Notes under the pieces: model-generated
Seen by the model: the letters and a program-made list of their open reading frames with translations, nothing else
Database searches by the model: none
What the model was told of the DNA's origin: nothing
Position numbers and translations under genes: made by a program
From: the human T2T-CHM13v2.0 reference genome, Homo sapiens
Strand: one strand, 5' to 3'
Length of the DNA stretch: 64,000 nt
Assembly (NCBI RefSeq): GCF_009914755.1
Contig: NC_060930.1
Part shown: piece after piece, positions 48,849 to 63,598 of the stretch
Layout: every line of letters begins with the position of its first letter
Position numbering within the stretch: the first letter of the stretch is position 1

Positions 48849-51111
48849 GAGACTTCTTTATCCTTCCACATTTATTATTTAAGCACAGGACGTTGCACAT
48901 AGAAGATGCTTAATAAATATTTATTGGATGGATGAATAGATGAACAGACAGACAGATGGAGAGAAAGATGGATGGGGATGTGAACAGAAATGAAATGTAC
49001 ATATAAGCTGATAATTACTAGATCATGGGAACATAGAGAAACGATCCCTGTGAATATGAAGAAGTGAAGGTTTCTTATTATGGTTGAATTTGACATAATA
49101 TTTATCATGTAGAATTACTTTGTTTTACTGTTTTACCCACCAACACCACAAAAAAATTTTAGTATAAATCTGGTACTGTCTAGTTAATAATTTTTATTTT
49201 TTTAGTCTTATTTCTCTTCCGCTACTTATACTACAGTATAATCTGTCTTCTGAGCTAGATGACATTAAAACAAAAAAAAAATCCATTTTCTGTCACCTTT
49301 GCTCTTTCCAGCACCTCTCTTAATCCAAAAGGGTAATGTGAAAGAAAGCTTACACTTAACACTGCAGAAGACAGATAGAAGCAAGCATGAGTTGGTGGCC
49401 CACAGGTTATTAATCAGCTGGCCTCTGGGGCATAGTGTTATGAAGCTGCATCATGTAATAAACAGCAGGCAAAAAGAATAATCTCCATTTTCTGACTCTG
49501 AAGTGCAGGCATGTGCTATAAAACTAAATTGACATCTGTTAGCAGGCTTGTCACATGGGTGGTTTTTTCCTGCAGAATCTGGAATAAATTAAATCTTAAA
49601 ATAAAACTGGGAACAGAGAGGCTGCTTTACATAATTCCTTCTAATAGTGTGCTGTGAACCCATCATGGTGATTTTAAAGAGAAGTTCTTGTAAGAAATGT
49701 TTCATTATCATTTCAACTGCAAAACTGTTGAATGCCACTCCATGCTAGGAAATTTGTGTTTTTTAAAAGGTGCTTATGTTTTTAACTAAAAACGGGGAAA
49801 TGAAACCTTCCTTTCCTGATATTTTCACTGGCTGGAAAATAAATCAGGTTTTACCTCCGAATGAAACTATGATCGCCTTTTCCCAAGCACCTAGAGCCTG
49901 TTTCATGGGTGTGTCTGTTATGCTTGGGTACATATGAAACTGGCACTGCTGAGCTCCCAAGGCAGAAATGGCCAGCATGGGTGTGACCTGGAAGGATTTG
50001 CTCAGGAATACACTTTCCCTCAGATAATTCACTAATATGATAGCAGGTTCTCATGCCCTTCCTGTCAAAAGGCATTAGCTGTTTTTTTAACACTCATAAA
50101 GGAATTGCAGAGTGGCATGACCTTGCAAATCTGAGCTGTGCTCACTGAACGTAACATTCCTCTACAGACCCATTGTCTCCTTTAGGAAAGGAAGTCACAC
50201 AAAGGGAAACGCAGGTAACTACATGGGCTTACAGCCCTCTGCTCCCTCAAGAGGCACTTGGTTCTCATTCCCCAAACTTCTTGAAAATGGCAAGATTCTC
50301 AGACAAGTACACCCACTTCTTGTACACAGCAACAAAGAAAAATGCCAGCTCCCTGGGGGCTGATTCCTTCCATATGTGAAATCTTCCTCTTTTGTAATAA
50401 TACCGGGCCCTTTGAAAAATCTCAAAGAAGCCATAGTCAGTCATCATTCTCCATAAAATCACAAATCTGGTCTCATGAAAATTCCTTGCTCCTTTCTCTC
50501 ACTAACACGTGCTCGTTTGCTTCCACAACATTCTCCAGTGGCAAGGGTTCATATCATGCACCTTACAATAGGAGAAACTGAGGAATGGGGAACTCATCGA
50601 CTGGGTGGGGAGAGAGAGGGGATGCTGCAGAAACTGACAGCCAGGCTCCTGACCCCCGTCTTGTTTCAAGGGCTTTATGCACAAAAGAGGGTGCGGGATT
50701 TGCAAAGGGAAGGCTGAGCCATTTAAGTCCTTTCTACGCACAGAGGTTCCTCAAAGGGATGATCTTCACATCACCTGGGTTAGAGATGGGTGGGGTTGGT
50801 TAAAAATGCAGGCTCCTGGGCTCTATCTCAGAACAACTAAATCACAATCTCTGGGGTTGGTCCTGCCTGAGTGACATTTTAATCAAGCTCCCTTTGTGGT
50901 GGAATTCTTTGCTTATGGTGTGTTGTTGATACTGTTTTGGTTTGTTGTCCAGCGTCCCCCATTCTAACATGAGAGTCTAAGCCGCACACAGTCGTACAGC
51001 TGGGAGTGGTCTCCAGATTCCAGAACACCATGTACATACAACCTTGCCATTCATGGCTTCTGCCCAGGGAAAATGGAAGGTAGAACACCTCAAAGAAAAC
51101 ATCACCACAGC

Positions 51112-51507
51112 TGTGATAGTTAATACTGAATGTCAACTCAATGTCGAATTGATCCTGGGTGTGTCTGTGAGGGTGCTGCCAAAGGAGATTAACATTTGAG
51201 TCAGTGGGCTGGGAAAGGCAGACCCACCCTTAATCCGAGTGGGCACAATCAGCTGCCAGCAAAGCTAGAATGTAAGCAGGAAGAAAAACGTGAAAAGGAG
51301 AGACTGGCCTAGCCGGATGCTTCATGCGCTTGAACGTCAGACTCCAAGTTCTTCAGTTTTGGAACTCCGACTGGCTCTCCTTGCTCCTCAGCCTGCAGAT
51401 GGCCTATAGTGGGACCTTGTGATCTTGTGAGTTAATACTTAATAAGCTTCCCTTTATATATATGTATCTATTCCATTGGCTCTGTCCCTCTGGAGAACTC
51501 TAATACA
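51112..51507 (+). mobile_element. MLT2A (HERV-L) solo LTR
   Basis: TG...CA termini (tgtgatagttaatactga...ctctaataca); perfect 5-bp TSD acagc. Confidence 0.9.
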
Positions 51508-52689
51508 ACAGCTAAATCCAGATGTAGTTAATTCTGTCATCAGATGGGCTTTCTACTCTATTGCAGCTCCATGTTAGTTAAACACTGAATGGTTTGAAAA
51601 ATATTCAGAAGAGCCAAGACATTTTGCTACACCTCAAATCTCACCTTTATGGATGAATTTTGGCAAAAACAAAAACAAAAACAACAAACATTTCCTAAAT
51701 GTTGAGTTCGGAAGTTCTTGACTCATTTTCCCAAGATGGCTTGTCCTTAGGGTCCACTGCAGATTGACGGAGACCGACAGATGTCTCTGCATTTCAAATT
51801 GCAATTCAGCACCATGAATGACTCATTACTGCTAAATTGCCACTGGCTTATTTCACAGAAACACAGCACCTTCCTGATTAAATCACAATTCTGCACGATG
51901 AAATTGCCTTCAAATACACAGAAAGATAGACACCTCTCTTTGAAAAAGGAATTTAAACAAATTTAGATAGAAATTGCCCTGGGACCTGAAAGAATCACCT
52001 GGACTTCCACCTTTACCACAGCATATCTGGTTTTCGGTAAGGTTTCCTGCCCAAGCATTCTGAAACATCAGGAGCTAAGGTCTCTGGACGTTCAAGGCTG
52101 CTGCTGGTTAACTCTAGGGTAGACTGTGCCCAAAGATAAGGTATTCAAATTTTCATGCCTTGTACGTTTTGTTTAGCAAGGTGCTGGAGAAAAAGGCCAA
52201 CATGTATCCTGTATAGTTCCAGAGTGCCTGCTAGGTACTTGGAATGGGAATCCGTACAATAAGGGGTCTCTGCCTGTGAGGCACACAGCTCACCTAGGAA
52301 CACAGAACTCAGAAGCAAGGCTCCAGCTTGAGGATAAATCATTATCTAAGACTCAGGCATGCCTGGACCTTGACCTGGTGTGGCAGACCAGCAGGGAACA
52401 CTTTTATAAAGGAGCTTCCCTCCTGAGAAAAAATGTGTTCCGGTACAACAGCTAGTACAGAAATCAGATACGATAGGCTGCATGGGAATAAAAACAATGA
52501 AACTATGACAGTGTCTGTCCTTCACACCAGGGTCTCAGGCTGAAGGCAGAAGACATCAACAGGGCACAGAGTAGCCCAGTGCTTGTGCTCTGCAGGGACT
52601 GCGTTCAAGTCTCAGCACTGCCCATGACTATGAAGCCATAGTCATGGGCAATGTGTTTCTCCTCTGGTCCTGTTTCTCCAAGAGTGGTA

Positions 52690-52862
52690 CACACCTTGTT
52701 ACTCAAAGTACAGCTTCCCAGCCAGCACTATCAGCATCATCTTGGAGCTTACTAGAAATACAGAACCTCAGGTCTTACCCCAGACCTCCGGAATCACTAC
52801 TTGCATGTTAATTACATTCCCAAGGTGGTTCACATATACATTACATTTGAGAAATAATGGTG
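52690..52862. mobile_element. MER5A-like fragment
   Basis: cagcactatcagcatcatcttggagcttactagaaatacagaacctcagg. Confidence 0.65.
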
Positions 52863-53599
52863 TTGAATATGATTTGGAGGCAACATTTCAAAATCTTTCA
52901 TTTGTTAGGTATTTTAAAAATGTAACAAACAAACCTACGACAACTGGCTCACAAGTCTATGGACATTATTTGTTCAGATAATTCTAAGTAAGAAAGGTGA
53001 CTCTATTTAAAGTTGATTTAAAGAAAAAGATGAAGGTGAGATGCACCCCTTTCCCCCATGCCAAACACAAAGCAAAAATAGGGAGAACTATTTGAGAGGG
53101 AGAGAGAGAGAAAAAGAAACAAAAAGGACACAGCAGAGCTCAAAACCAAGATGAACATCTCCATGAATGAACACAGGGCGGTGAGCAGGATGGCAGGCCG
53201 GAAATGGTGGGCTTCCATCTTAAAGTAGGTGGCAGTGGTGCTGGGTGTGCATCTCCTACAGGACATAGGAACTCAAGGTGCTCCCCTGAGAGAGCAGCCA
53301 GAGCCCATTCATTGTTTAAAGCCAGGGGCGGGAGTGGAACTCCTTGGCTGCAGAAAGGAGACTGAAATAAACTAACAACCACTGGCTGGAGCTATAGCAT
53401 AAAACTAGCTGCTGGCCTAAGAAGATGGGAGGAGAGTGACACACTCTAGCAAATAGCAAATGAGCTGGACCTCTGATGGTTCAGTGTCTGAATAGTCCAC
53501 ATACTACTGGGAAGAGTAAGAGCCAAATGCTTCTAGAAGACCAGGTCCTGAAGGTTACTGCAAAGTCACTAGGCAGAGAAGGGCAAGCCAAAAAGAAAG

Positions 53600-56500
53600 A
53601 GAAAAGCAAAACCAAACCAAAAACCTTCTACTGAAAATACACCAGTAAACCAAAATTCCAAAATACACACTGAAGTCAAAGGCTAAGAGAAACAGTCAAC
53701 CAATGCAATAATTAGAATGTTACTTCATTCCAAGACTAATTTTATTGAAAAATCTGACAAAAGTTTAAAATAAGTATGTTTAGGATGCTCAGCTCAATCA
53801 AGAAGAATATCAGCTTTCACAAACATGCAAGCAGTGGCAACACACTTTTAAATAAAAGCATGCAAAACTAGAAAAGAACAGATGGATAGGAAAAATACCA
53901 ATTAGAAACCTTGGAAGTGAAAAATATAGTCTTTTTTTTTTGTAAAAATACCAATAAATGGTATAAACTCTAGCCTGGATATAGTTAAAAAGAAAATTAA
54001 AGAATTGGAAGCTAGTAGTGAGGAATTTACCCTAACATAGGTCAGAGTGAATGAAAAAGCAATGAAGAGACAAGAAGGATAGACTTAGAGGCTCCAAAAT
54101 ACATCTAAAAAGAACTCCAAAAGTAGAGAATTAAAAAATGGATAAGAAAACATGGAAAATATTTTAACTGTTTGAATATTAACAAGGTACAAAATTCAAA
54201 AGATATAGAGTACAGAGTTTCTTCCTCAGCCATCTAGTTCTTCTCCCTGGAGCTTCCCAGCATCACTAGTTTCTTGCATATAATTTCAAAAACAATTATG
54301 TGAGTGGTAGAATGGTGGAAATCTACACACACTCTTCTGCAATTTGCTTTTATTGAAATATAATTTATATACAAGGAAATTCGTACAGTTTAAGGATATT
54401 GGTCAATTACTTTTTTTTCTGACAGGGTTTTGCTTTGTTGCCCAGGCTGGAGTGCAGTGGCTCAATTGATCCTCCTGCCTCAGCCTCCTGAGTAGCTGGG
54501 ACTAAAGGTGTGTGTCACCACACCTGGCTAATTTTTATATTTTTTGTAGAGATGGGGTTTTGCCATGTTGTCCAGGCTGGTCTCAAATTCCTGGCCTCAA
54601 GAGATCCACCCCCCCTCAGCCTCCCAAAGTGCTGGGATTACAGGTGTAAGCCACCATGCCCAGCCAATTGACAACTTTTGACGAATGTATATACCCATGT
54701 AACCACCATAACGTACTCAAAATATAGAATGTTTCCATCACCCCAAAAAGTTCCTTTGTGATCTTTTCAATAAATCTCCAACTCTGCTCCCTCACCACCT
54801 GCCCTAGGCAACCACTGATCTGATTTCTATCACCATAGAATACTTCTGTCTATTCTAGAACTTTATTTAGAGAATCACATAACAGGTGGTTTTTTGAATC
54901 TGGCTTCCTTCATTCATCATAAAGTCTGTGAGACTCATTTGTGTAGTATGTGTCACAAAGCTTATTCCTTTTCATTGATCAGTGGTATTTCATCCTATAT
55001 GGATGTGTGGTAGGTATATGGTATATTTAAGAGATATATCATACCATAACTTCTCTACCCATTCACATATTTACAGACATTTGAGTTGTTTCCAGTTGAG
55101 GTTATCATGAATATAGCTTCTATACACTTTCAGTTACAAGCCTTTGTGCAGACATATGTTTTCAGTTATCTTGGGTAAATATCTAGGAATGGGTTTACTG
55201 GATCAATTGGTAAATATATGTTTAACTTAAGAAATTGTCAACCTCTTTTCCTAAGAGGTTGCATTCCCACTACAAATGTTTGAGCTTTCCAGTTACTCCA
55301 TATCCTTACCATCACTTAGTAACATCAATCTTTTAAATTTTAGCCATTTTGGTAGTTATGAAGTGATATCTCATTGTGGCTTTAATTTTCATTACCCTAA
55401 TAACTAATCATATTCAGCATCTTTTCATATGTGTTTTTGCCATCTGTGTATCTTGTTTGGTGGGGTGCCAGTTTAACTCTTTTGTTTGTTAATTGAATTG
55501 TTTGTCTCCTCATTTGTGGTTGTGAGAGTTCTCTATGTATTCTGGATACAAGTCCTTTTCTGATATATTTGTGATGAATATTTTCTCCTAGTTTTTATGT
55601 TCTTCACAATGTCTTTTGATGAGCAGAGAGTTTTGATCTTTATAAAGTCCAATTTATCTTTTTAAAATTTTTTTATGGTTTATGCTAAGAAATATACTGT
55701 CTAAAAAATGTTTGCATATGTCAAGGTTGTAAAGATTTTCTCCTATGTTTTCTTCTAGAAGTTTTATAATTTTAGCTTTTATGTTTAGGTCTATGTTCCA
55801 CTTCAAAACAATTTTCATGATGATGTGAGATTCAAGTCAGGTTTTACTTTTTTCCCATACAGATAACCAGTTGTTCCAGCACCATTTGTTGAAAAGACTA
55901 TAATTTTTCCCATTGAATTATGTTGATGCCTTTATAAAAATCAATTAATTATATACGTGTTTCTCTTTTTTTTCTTCATTGCAGATTTTTAAAAAAAACT
56001 TCTATTTTCCTTTTAGGAGTACATGTGCAGGTTTGTTATATAGATAAACCTGTACCATGAGGGTTTGTTGTACAGATTATTTCGTCACCCAGGTATTAAG
56101 CCTAAAACCCATTAGTTATTTTTCTGATCCTCTCCCTCCTCCCACCCTCCACCCTCTGATAGGCCCCACTGTCTGTCGTTCCCCTCTATGGGTCCATATG
56201 TTCTCAGCATTTAGCTCCCACTTAAAAGTGACAACATGCAGTATTTGGTTTTCTGTTCCTGTGTTAGTTTGCTAAGGATAATGTATATATGTGTTTCCAT
56301 CTCCAAATTCTCTTGTTGTTCCATTGATGTCTATCTTTATGTCAGTACCAGACTATCTTGATTGCTATCCCTTACATTGTCTTGAAATCAAGTAGCGTAA
56401 GCCTCTAACTTTGTTCTTTGTTTTCAAAACTGTTCAGCAATTGCTTTGCATTGTAAATTCTCTTTCTTAAAAATGTATCTCAGAAATTGTTCCACATCAG

Positions 56501-59420
56501 TACATAAAAATTTGTTTGTCGTTTTTTTAAGTGGTTTTGTAAGTTGTCCATGAAAAGATATACAATTCTCCATTTAACTACTTCCACAATGGTGGCTATG
56601 CAGATTGTTTTCTACCCTTTGCTATTACAAACAATGCTGCAAAAAACAATAACTTTATTCATATATCTGTTCACACATGTGGGATATGACTGGGGCAAAC
56701 TCACAGAAGTAGAATTGCTGGATTTGCATTTGCAATGTGATAGATATTGCCAAACTGCCCTGCAGAAAGGCTGTAGCAATTTATATTCCTGCGACTTTTT
56801 ATCTTTGATAATCTGATGAAAACATTGTATCTAACTATAGTTTTATTTGTCTTTCTCTTAATATGTCCAAGTTTTAATATTTTTTCATATAAGCCATCTG
56901 AATCTCCTTTTCTGTGAACTGTTTTTCATCAACTATTTCTTCATCCAATTTTCTATCAAGTTGTGGATCTTTTTTTTAATGATTTGTTGAAGCCCTTCTA
57001 TACCGGTGAAATTAACTCTCTACTTATAAAATGAATTGTCAGTATTTTCGCAGTTTGTTATTTGTCTTTTAATTTTGTTTTTGGTAGTTTTACCATGTGG
57101 AAATTTTGTATGTAATCAAGTTAATTATTCTTTTCTTTTGTGACTTCCTAACTCCAGAATTTTTTTTTAAATCCCCATAGTTTTCTTTCTAATATTTTTA
57201 TGGTCTTTAAAAAAACTTTATTGGTTTAAATTTTTTGGTAAAAGGCATCAAATAAAGCTGAAAAAACATTTTTAAAATAAATATCCATAATTTTACTGAC
57301 ACATCCATCTTTTCTCTATGATTTGAGATAGTGCCTTTATCATATATCAACTCTGGAGGTATGTGGATTTATTTCTGGAGTTTTAAAATCTGTCCATTAA
57401 TCTGTTTATCTGTTCATGCAATAGTACCATTTTTATTATTATAGTTGTATAAGAAGATTTATTATCCCATTGGGTTAGTAAACCACCTTTATTACTCCTT
57501 TATCAGAATTTGATTGGTTATTTCTGCTTGTTAATTCAGTATGAACTCTAGAATCAGCTTCTTTAGTTCTGAAAAAAAAATCCTATTGGCAATTTTATTT
57601 GGAACATGTTAAATCAGTAGATTAACATAAGAAAGGGTTAATCATTATGATGGTGAGCATTTACATCGAAGCATGTACTATGCCTTTGAATTCGTTCAAG
57701 TTTTCCTTTAAGTCTTTGAGTGGCTAAGTTTTCTTCTTGTAGACCTTGCACATGTCTCATTAAGTTTATCTTTAGCTTTATTTTTGTTGCTTTTGTAAAT
57801 AAACTTTGCTTCCTTTTTATATTCTAACTGGTTTTTATTCACAAAAGTGTAGTTAAAATTTTTTTGTATACTGTACTCAGACAACTCATTAAATTTACTT
57901 ATTGTTTGATAGTTTTTCATTAGATTATCTTGAGTTTTCTAGTATACCATCATATTGTCTTCAATTAATATGTCCTTCAATAATAATAATATCTGCAAAT
58001 AATAAAATTTTTACCTCTTTCTTAATTTATACTCCTAAATTTTTTTCTTATTGTATTAGCTGTTATCTTAAGAACTATATTAAATAACAATGGTGATTAC
58101 ACACTGTATGATTCTGTTTATAAACATTCTTAAAAATGACAAAATTATAGAAATAGAAAACAGATTAGTGGTTACCAGGGGTTAGGGAAGGAGGTAAGGG
58201 GAAGAAGGTAGGTGTTTTTATAAAAGGGAAACATGATCCTTAAAGTGCCAGAAATGTTCTGTATCTGGAATCTCTGTATCATTTCTTACAAGTGCATGTG
58301 AATCTATCTCAAAATGTGCAGTTTTTTTTTAAAGAGCTCTAATCTTTTTTTTTTAATGGTGATGATATAAATCCTTATTTTTCCCCGACTTTAATAAGGA
58401 TATTTCCACTGTTTCCACATTAATTATGATGTCAGCTCTTGGACTGAGATACACTAAAATAAGAAGCAATTAATTCAACTATATCAGCAAAAACAATACA
58501 TACAAATGGATTAAACTCACATACACAGATAGATTTATTATGGAAGTACTCATCCATTGCTTTCTATTGCATTTTTTATTTTTTTTATGTTGCAGAGATA
58601 AGTGTATGGTGAGAGAGAGTGAGAGAGAGAAAGCAAATGTGGCAAAATATTAACAAATGGTGAATTCCAGTGAAAAATATGTGACGGTTCATTATATTCC
58701 AGCAACATTGGCATTTGAAATTTTTTGAAAATAAAAATATGTAAAACTCCAGATAATAATAATGTGGGCACCCAGGTTGAATGGGTAGTTAACTTTTTAT
58801 GATCCTTATCATGTTTAGAAGGAATATAGAAATACTGGATAATTTTATATATTAAAATTTTATAGTTAATTATATACTTTTTAAATCTAAAGGTAACCAT
58901 GAAGAATAGAAATATAAGCTTTAGCAAAAAGAGGGGGGAATACTGCAGAAAACCAAAGGCCAAATTTAAGAGAGTAGAAGTTAGTCCCAATATGCCAGTA
59001 ATCCCAATAAATATAAATATAAAAGCATTAAACACACCTATTTAAAGACATTATCAGGTTGGGTTTAAAAATACAATCCAGGCATATATTGAATGCACTG
59101 CTCTTATAAGCTATACATAAACTAAAACTATATCAAAATAATGGAAATAAAAGAATCTAGAATGTTATTTCACATAAATACTTATCAAAGGAGAGCTAGC
59201 ATGGCAGAACTAACATCAGATAAAACAAAATTTAAGGCAAAAAATATTTCTAGGAATAAAAACTGACACACCATATACACATGGTCAAATTTTCTTCCTG
59301 AAAGAGTATATTATTTTCCATTTCCAGCAGCAAAGTGTATTATTCCCAACAAGCATTACAATACAGGGCAGTATCAATCTCTTGTTTATATTTACCAATT
59401 TGATAAGTAAAGAGAAAAAC
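53600..59420. mobile_element. Mosaic of ancient L1M fragments with nested AluJ (54412-54665, minus) and an L1PA 3' end (~55990-56282, minus)
   Basis: L1M ORF2/3'UTR motifs such as ccagttgttccagcaccatttgttgaaaagact; internal boundaries uncertain. Confidence 0.65.
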
Positions 59421-59437
59421 AAAAAGTGAGTCTTTAA

Positions 59438-59710
<273 letters not shown>

Positions 59711-60222
59711 TGTAATTTAATTTCAAAGCCCATATTCTCTCAAATGTAATCATAGTGACCACACAACAAAACTGATGTTCTGGAATCAATGGCGAGCTCC
59801 CAGCCAAGGGAGGCAGAAACTGGTAGTCCTGTGAGGGTTCAAGTGGACACTGAGCCTTGGCCTGGGTGGTGACAAGGGCAGGTGAAGGAAGACACAGTTC
59901 CCTGAGCTGACAGGCAGGGAGGCCAGCTCCCCCAGGGCGTCTGACCAGAGGGCCCCAGCCCCAAGGTCTACATCTGTTCTGTGTGGCATGAATCTCAATT
60001 AATTCTCAGCAGTTTATTTAATTTCTATACAGCACAGTATTTACTTTCTATACAATCACCCACAAGGCTGTTCAGCGCCTGGAGGCAGCAAACAATAGTT
60101 CTCTACAACCAAGTCTGAAGGACCAATTGCCTTTCAGTTTCACACAAAGCTCTCATTAAAAACTCTTGAGTGGAACTAGGTGGTTAGCAACTTCCAGAGA
60201 AATGTCTGATATATTTTCCCCG

Positions 60223-60290
60223 GGAAAGAAAAGAAAGAAAGAAAGGAAGGAAGGAAGGAAGGAAGGAAGGAAGGAAGGAAGGAAGGAAGG
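60223..60290 (+). repeat. (GAAA)n(GGAA)11 microsatellite
   Basis: 11 consecutive GGAA units from 60245. Confidence 0.93.
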
Positions 60291-62374
60291 TTCTCTATAA
60301 AATGTACTAAAATTGTTAATAAAAACCCTTTGAGTTTACTGAAAACAATTGAGTGACTAATTCACACCAGGCATTCTGCTGGAGACTTTCACACTATGTT
60401 CTCAGACCTACTTCTCAAAAAAAACCCACAATTTAGAAAGTATCATTGTCCTCATTTAACTGACAATCAAATTGAGTGCCAGAGAGGTTAAATGACTCGC
60501 CCAACGCCAAAAGCCAATAAGAGGACCATGCTTCAAACCTAGATTAATGAGCTTACATAGAGAAACCCTCAGGCAGCTCTGTTATTCAGAGTTATCAGCA
60601 GCATGGTTAAGACCAAAAATAATAGCTATAATTCCTCATTAACTAGCTCGGATCATTGAGGATACTCTGAATGTAACAAAGTCTAAAGTAAGAAAGACTT
60701 TAGAAAAAAACTATACATTATGATTAATATGAGCAGAAACTTCAGATTCAATATTTCTAGTTGCATTCTGAAAAAACTGTATGCTTAGTTAACAATAACC
60801 ACTTCTGCAAAGAGTAGACAGTTAATCATTTCACATAATGCTGGATCCAAGTGATATTACTCCCTGACAGACTGGGCTTCTAATCCACATGGTTTTGCTG
60901 ATGCAGCTGCTCTAGCCTGATGCTTTAGAACAGGCTTTTGATTTATAGTTTGAGGTTAAAATTACCAAAGAGTTTTAAAAGCAGTACAAAAGCCATTTGC
61001 ATCTTTCTGTCACTATCTCAGAATACTGCTTTCATTTTTGCCCATATTTTTTCTTGAGTGGCTGGAATCTACGTATGGATATACAGAATAGGAAAACTAA
61101 CAGCGGAATAGGGAAATTACTACAAAACTATATGAGATATTTTAAAGTTCTGAAATAAAACAGCTAAAAACGCTTTGGTTTCTACACTCACTTTCAGAAT
61201 AAATGAGTGAAGGTGTGAAGGCAGAAACGCTGACATTTGTTAGCGTGTTTTTTACTATTTGCTTCCCCTGCCGCAGCCACATCCTATTTACCACTGTCTG
61301 TACATACAGAAAAATGAAAACAGATCGTGCTTGCTACACGACACAAACAAGGTTTCCATTTATCTAGCCCCGCATAGCTCCTAGAAGCATTTTCCTAAGG
61401 AAAGCAATCACTCGCTGACGGGTTTAGTTTTGTTGTTTTTGTTTTAAAGCATTCACCAAAAAAAAATCTCTATGGAAGAATATCAATATCTTTTAAATTC
61501 TTCAACAAGGAATTAAAACAAAAAAGGAGCAAATGCATTCCTGGCAATTCTGTGCCAGATCACTTTCATTGTAAATATTTTTTTAAAAAATAAGTAACCT
61601 TAGAAACATAAGCATTTCTCCTTTCTAGGCATCATTGTAAATATTTCTGCTATCTCAGGAGCAGCATTGCAAAAGGTCTCATGCTTTATCCTTAGCATAA
61701 AAGTTGGCCCACTGCAGCTCCCATGGAGCTAAACAAACACAATTCAGGTACATACCTTGTTATCTAAAATTAGATAAATTATATCCGCAGATCACTTTTT
61801 CAAAGTCTTATTTTATCCTCACCTTTACCAAATCTTTTGCTACAGTATTATTGGGGAAAAAAATAAGCAAAATGGCATTGAGTTTCTCTTTTTCTCCTAC
61901 TCAGTCTTTTCTTTGAAGAGTGGTGCTGGAGAGGGCTAGGATGTAAAGAGCATAAAGCAGGAACAGCAAGACTCCTAACTGAACACAAAGAATAAGTAGT
62001 TAACTCTTTGAATAATCTAAAGTTGACATATTAGAGAATTAGGCCTGTAATTCTCAGCTGTAAAAAACAGATCTACAAAGGTAACGAGTGGCAAAAAAGA
62101 AAAAAACAAAACCCTAAATAAAGTTCTGAAAAATGCTTCTGCTTCTTCCCACACATATGAAAAACATTAACAGCATGTAAAAAGGAGTTCTCTTCTGAGA
62201 TTTTACCCAAAAATCCTATATGTGTCTCACTAAGGCTCCTGACTATTAAATGCCACCAGTTACCCTTGGTGGCAAAGCAAAATACAAATTAATAGTTAAT
62301 TGCGTGTTAAAAGAACAGCAAATTCTTTGAAGTTGTTCTTGAAGAAGCATGGGCTATCTAAAGGTTGTTTAAAG

Positions 62375-62482
62375 GATGAAGAGGAGGAGGAGGAAGAAGA
62401 AGAGGGGGAGGAGGGACAAGGAAGAGGAAGATGAAGAAAGGAGGCAGAGAAAAGGGAGGAAGAGGGGAGGAGGAGGAGGAAC
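62375..62482 (+). repeat. GA-rich low-complexity polypurine tract
   Basis: Direct inspection. Confidence 0.85.
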
Positions 62483-63369
62483 GGCAATGCAGGGAAAAGC
62501 TTCTTACTGAAAATCAAGAAGCCAACTCAAGTTTAAAATTGAGTCTCAGGCACACTGTTTCTCAAACAGAAACACCCATTCTGACCTGTTCTAAATCACA
62601 TGGCATCTCTGGCTGGGAACACAGGCCAAAATAGCCAAACCCAAGAAAGGCTGAAGATCAAACACAAGCCAACTGCACTCAGGAGAAATTCTCTAGTATC
62701 TGCCTACAGAATACAGTTAGCTCGGGTATACTACACTAAAAATTGCTTTCAAAGAACACAGTTCAAAGATTGTTTCTTTTTTGCTGTCCATTCATAATAA
62801 AATGTTTGCAGAGATTTGACATCCTTTGGTATAATTATATAATTTGTAATGTACATGTCCATTCAATTTTATAAAGTAAATCTTAATCAAAGCTATATAT
62901 ATTTTCTGTGTAGAGCCTAGACGTTCAAAATAGTGAGAAACATGTCACAACAGTGAGAAACATGATACACAAGCAATATCTTAGTAAACATAACCCCGAT
63001 TTTTTTTTTTGTATTTGAGGTCAACATAAGTAGTTTGCTCTTTCTGGAAAGTGTAAGTCAGTTGCCAAATGAAAATGGTATTCTTCAGCCTGTGCCAGAA
63101 GTAAGTTTCTTAGTCTTCTTGCCTAGTCTTGGACAAGACCATTAACATTACTCAACAGCAACTAAAATCTTCACATCAACTTAAATATCTCTATCCTTGC
63201 CAACACTTTATGTCTAGAGTTGACTCTATAAATAATGTTGGGTGATTAGTAAGATTAAAATCGGACCTTCAGCTATCCAATGTCAATGTTGCTATTCTTG
63301 GTTTGCATTTTAAAAAGCTGATGGGTTTGTTTACTTTATTCAAGTATAAAATCAAATGAAAAACCTCAC

Positions 63370-63598
63370 CTTGTGATGTCCAAATTCATTCAAAATGCTT
63401 CCCAGTTTTCTGGTGTTGCTATGTGGTTTTTGGGCAGCAACAGCTGGATGGGGATCCCGCCAGTCAATGGACAAGCGGTGATACCAAAGGTGCTGACTCT
63501 CCAGAATGTGAGCTGACTTGACACTAGGATCAAAACGATGCACTTCACATCCGTTGTTGGCCATGCTAACCTCAAAATGGGTATCATCACTTCCTAGC
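63370..63598 (-). CDS. METTL24: METTL24 penultimate coding exon (229 nt; [24 protein letters not shown]...[12 protein letters not shown])
   Basis: Minus-strand acceptor ctttctttatAG|G at 63600/63599 and donor AAG|GTGAGG at 63369. Length is 1+76x3, so it ends in phase 0 and matches the terminal exon. Peptide recognised as METTL24. Confidence 0.93.

Noticed and set aside
58550-59035. 161-aa hydrophobic ORF
   Set aside because: T-rich antisense reading of a decayed L1M; no motif or exon structure.
62929-62968. 20-bp two-copy repeat (agtgagaaacatg)
   Set aside because: Small degenerate slippage duplication with no functional cue.
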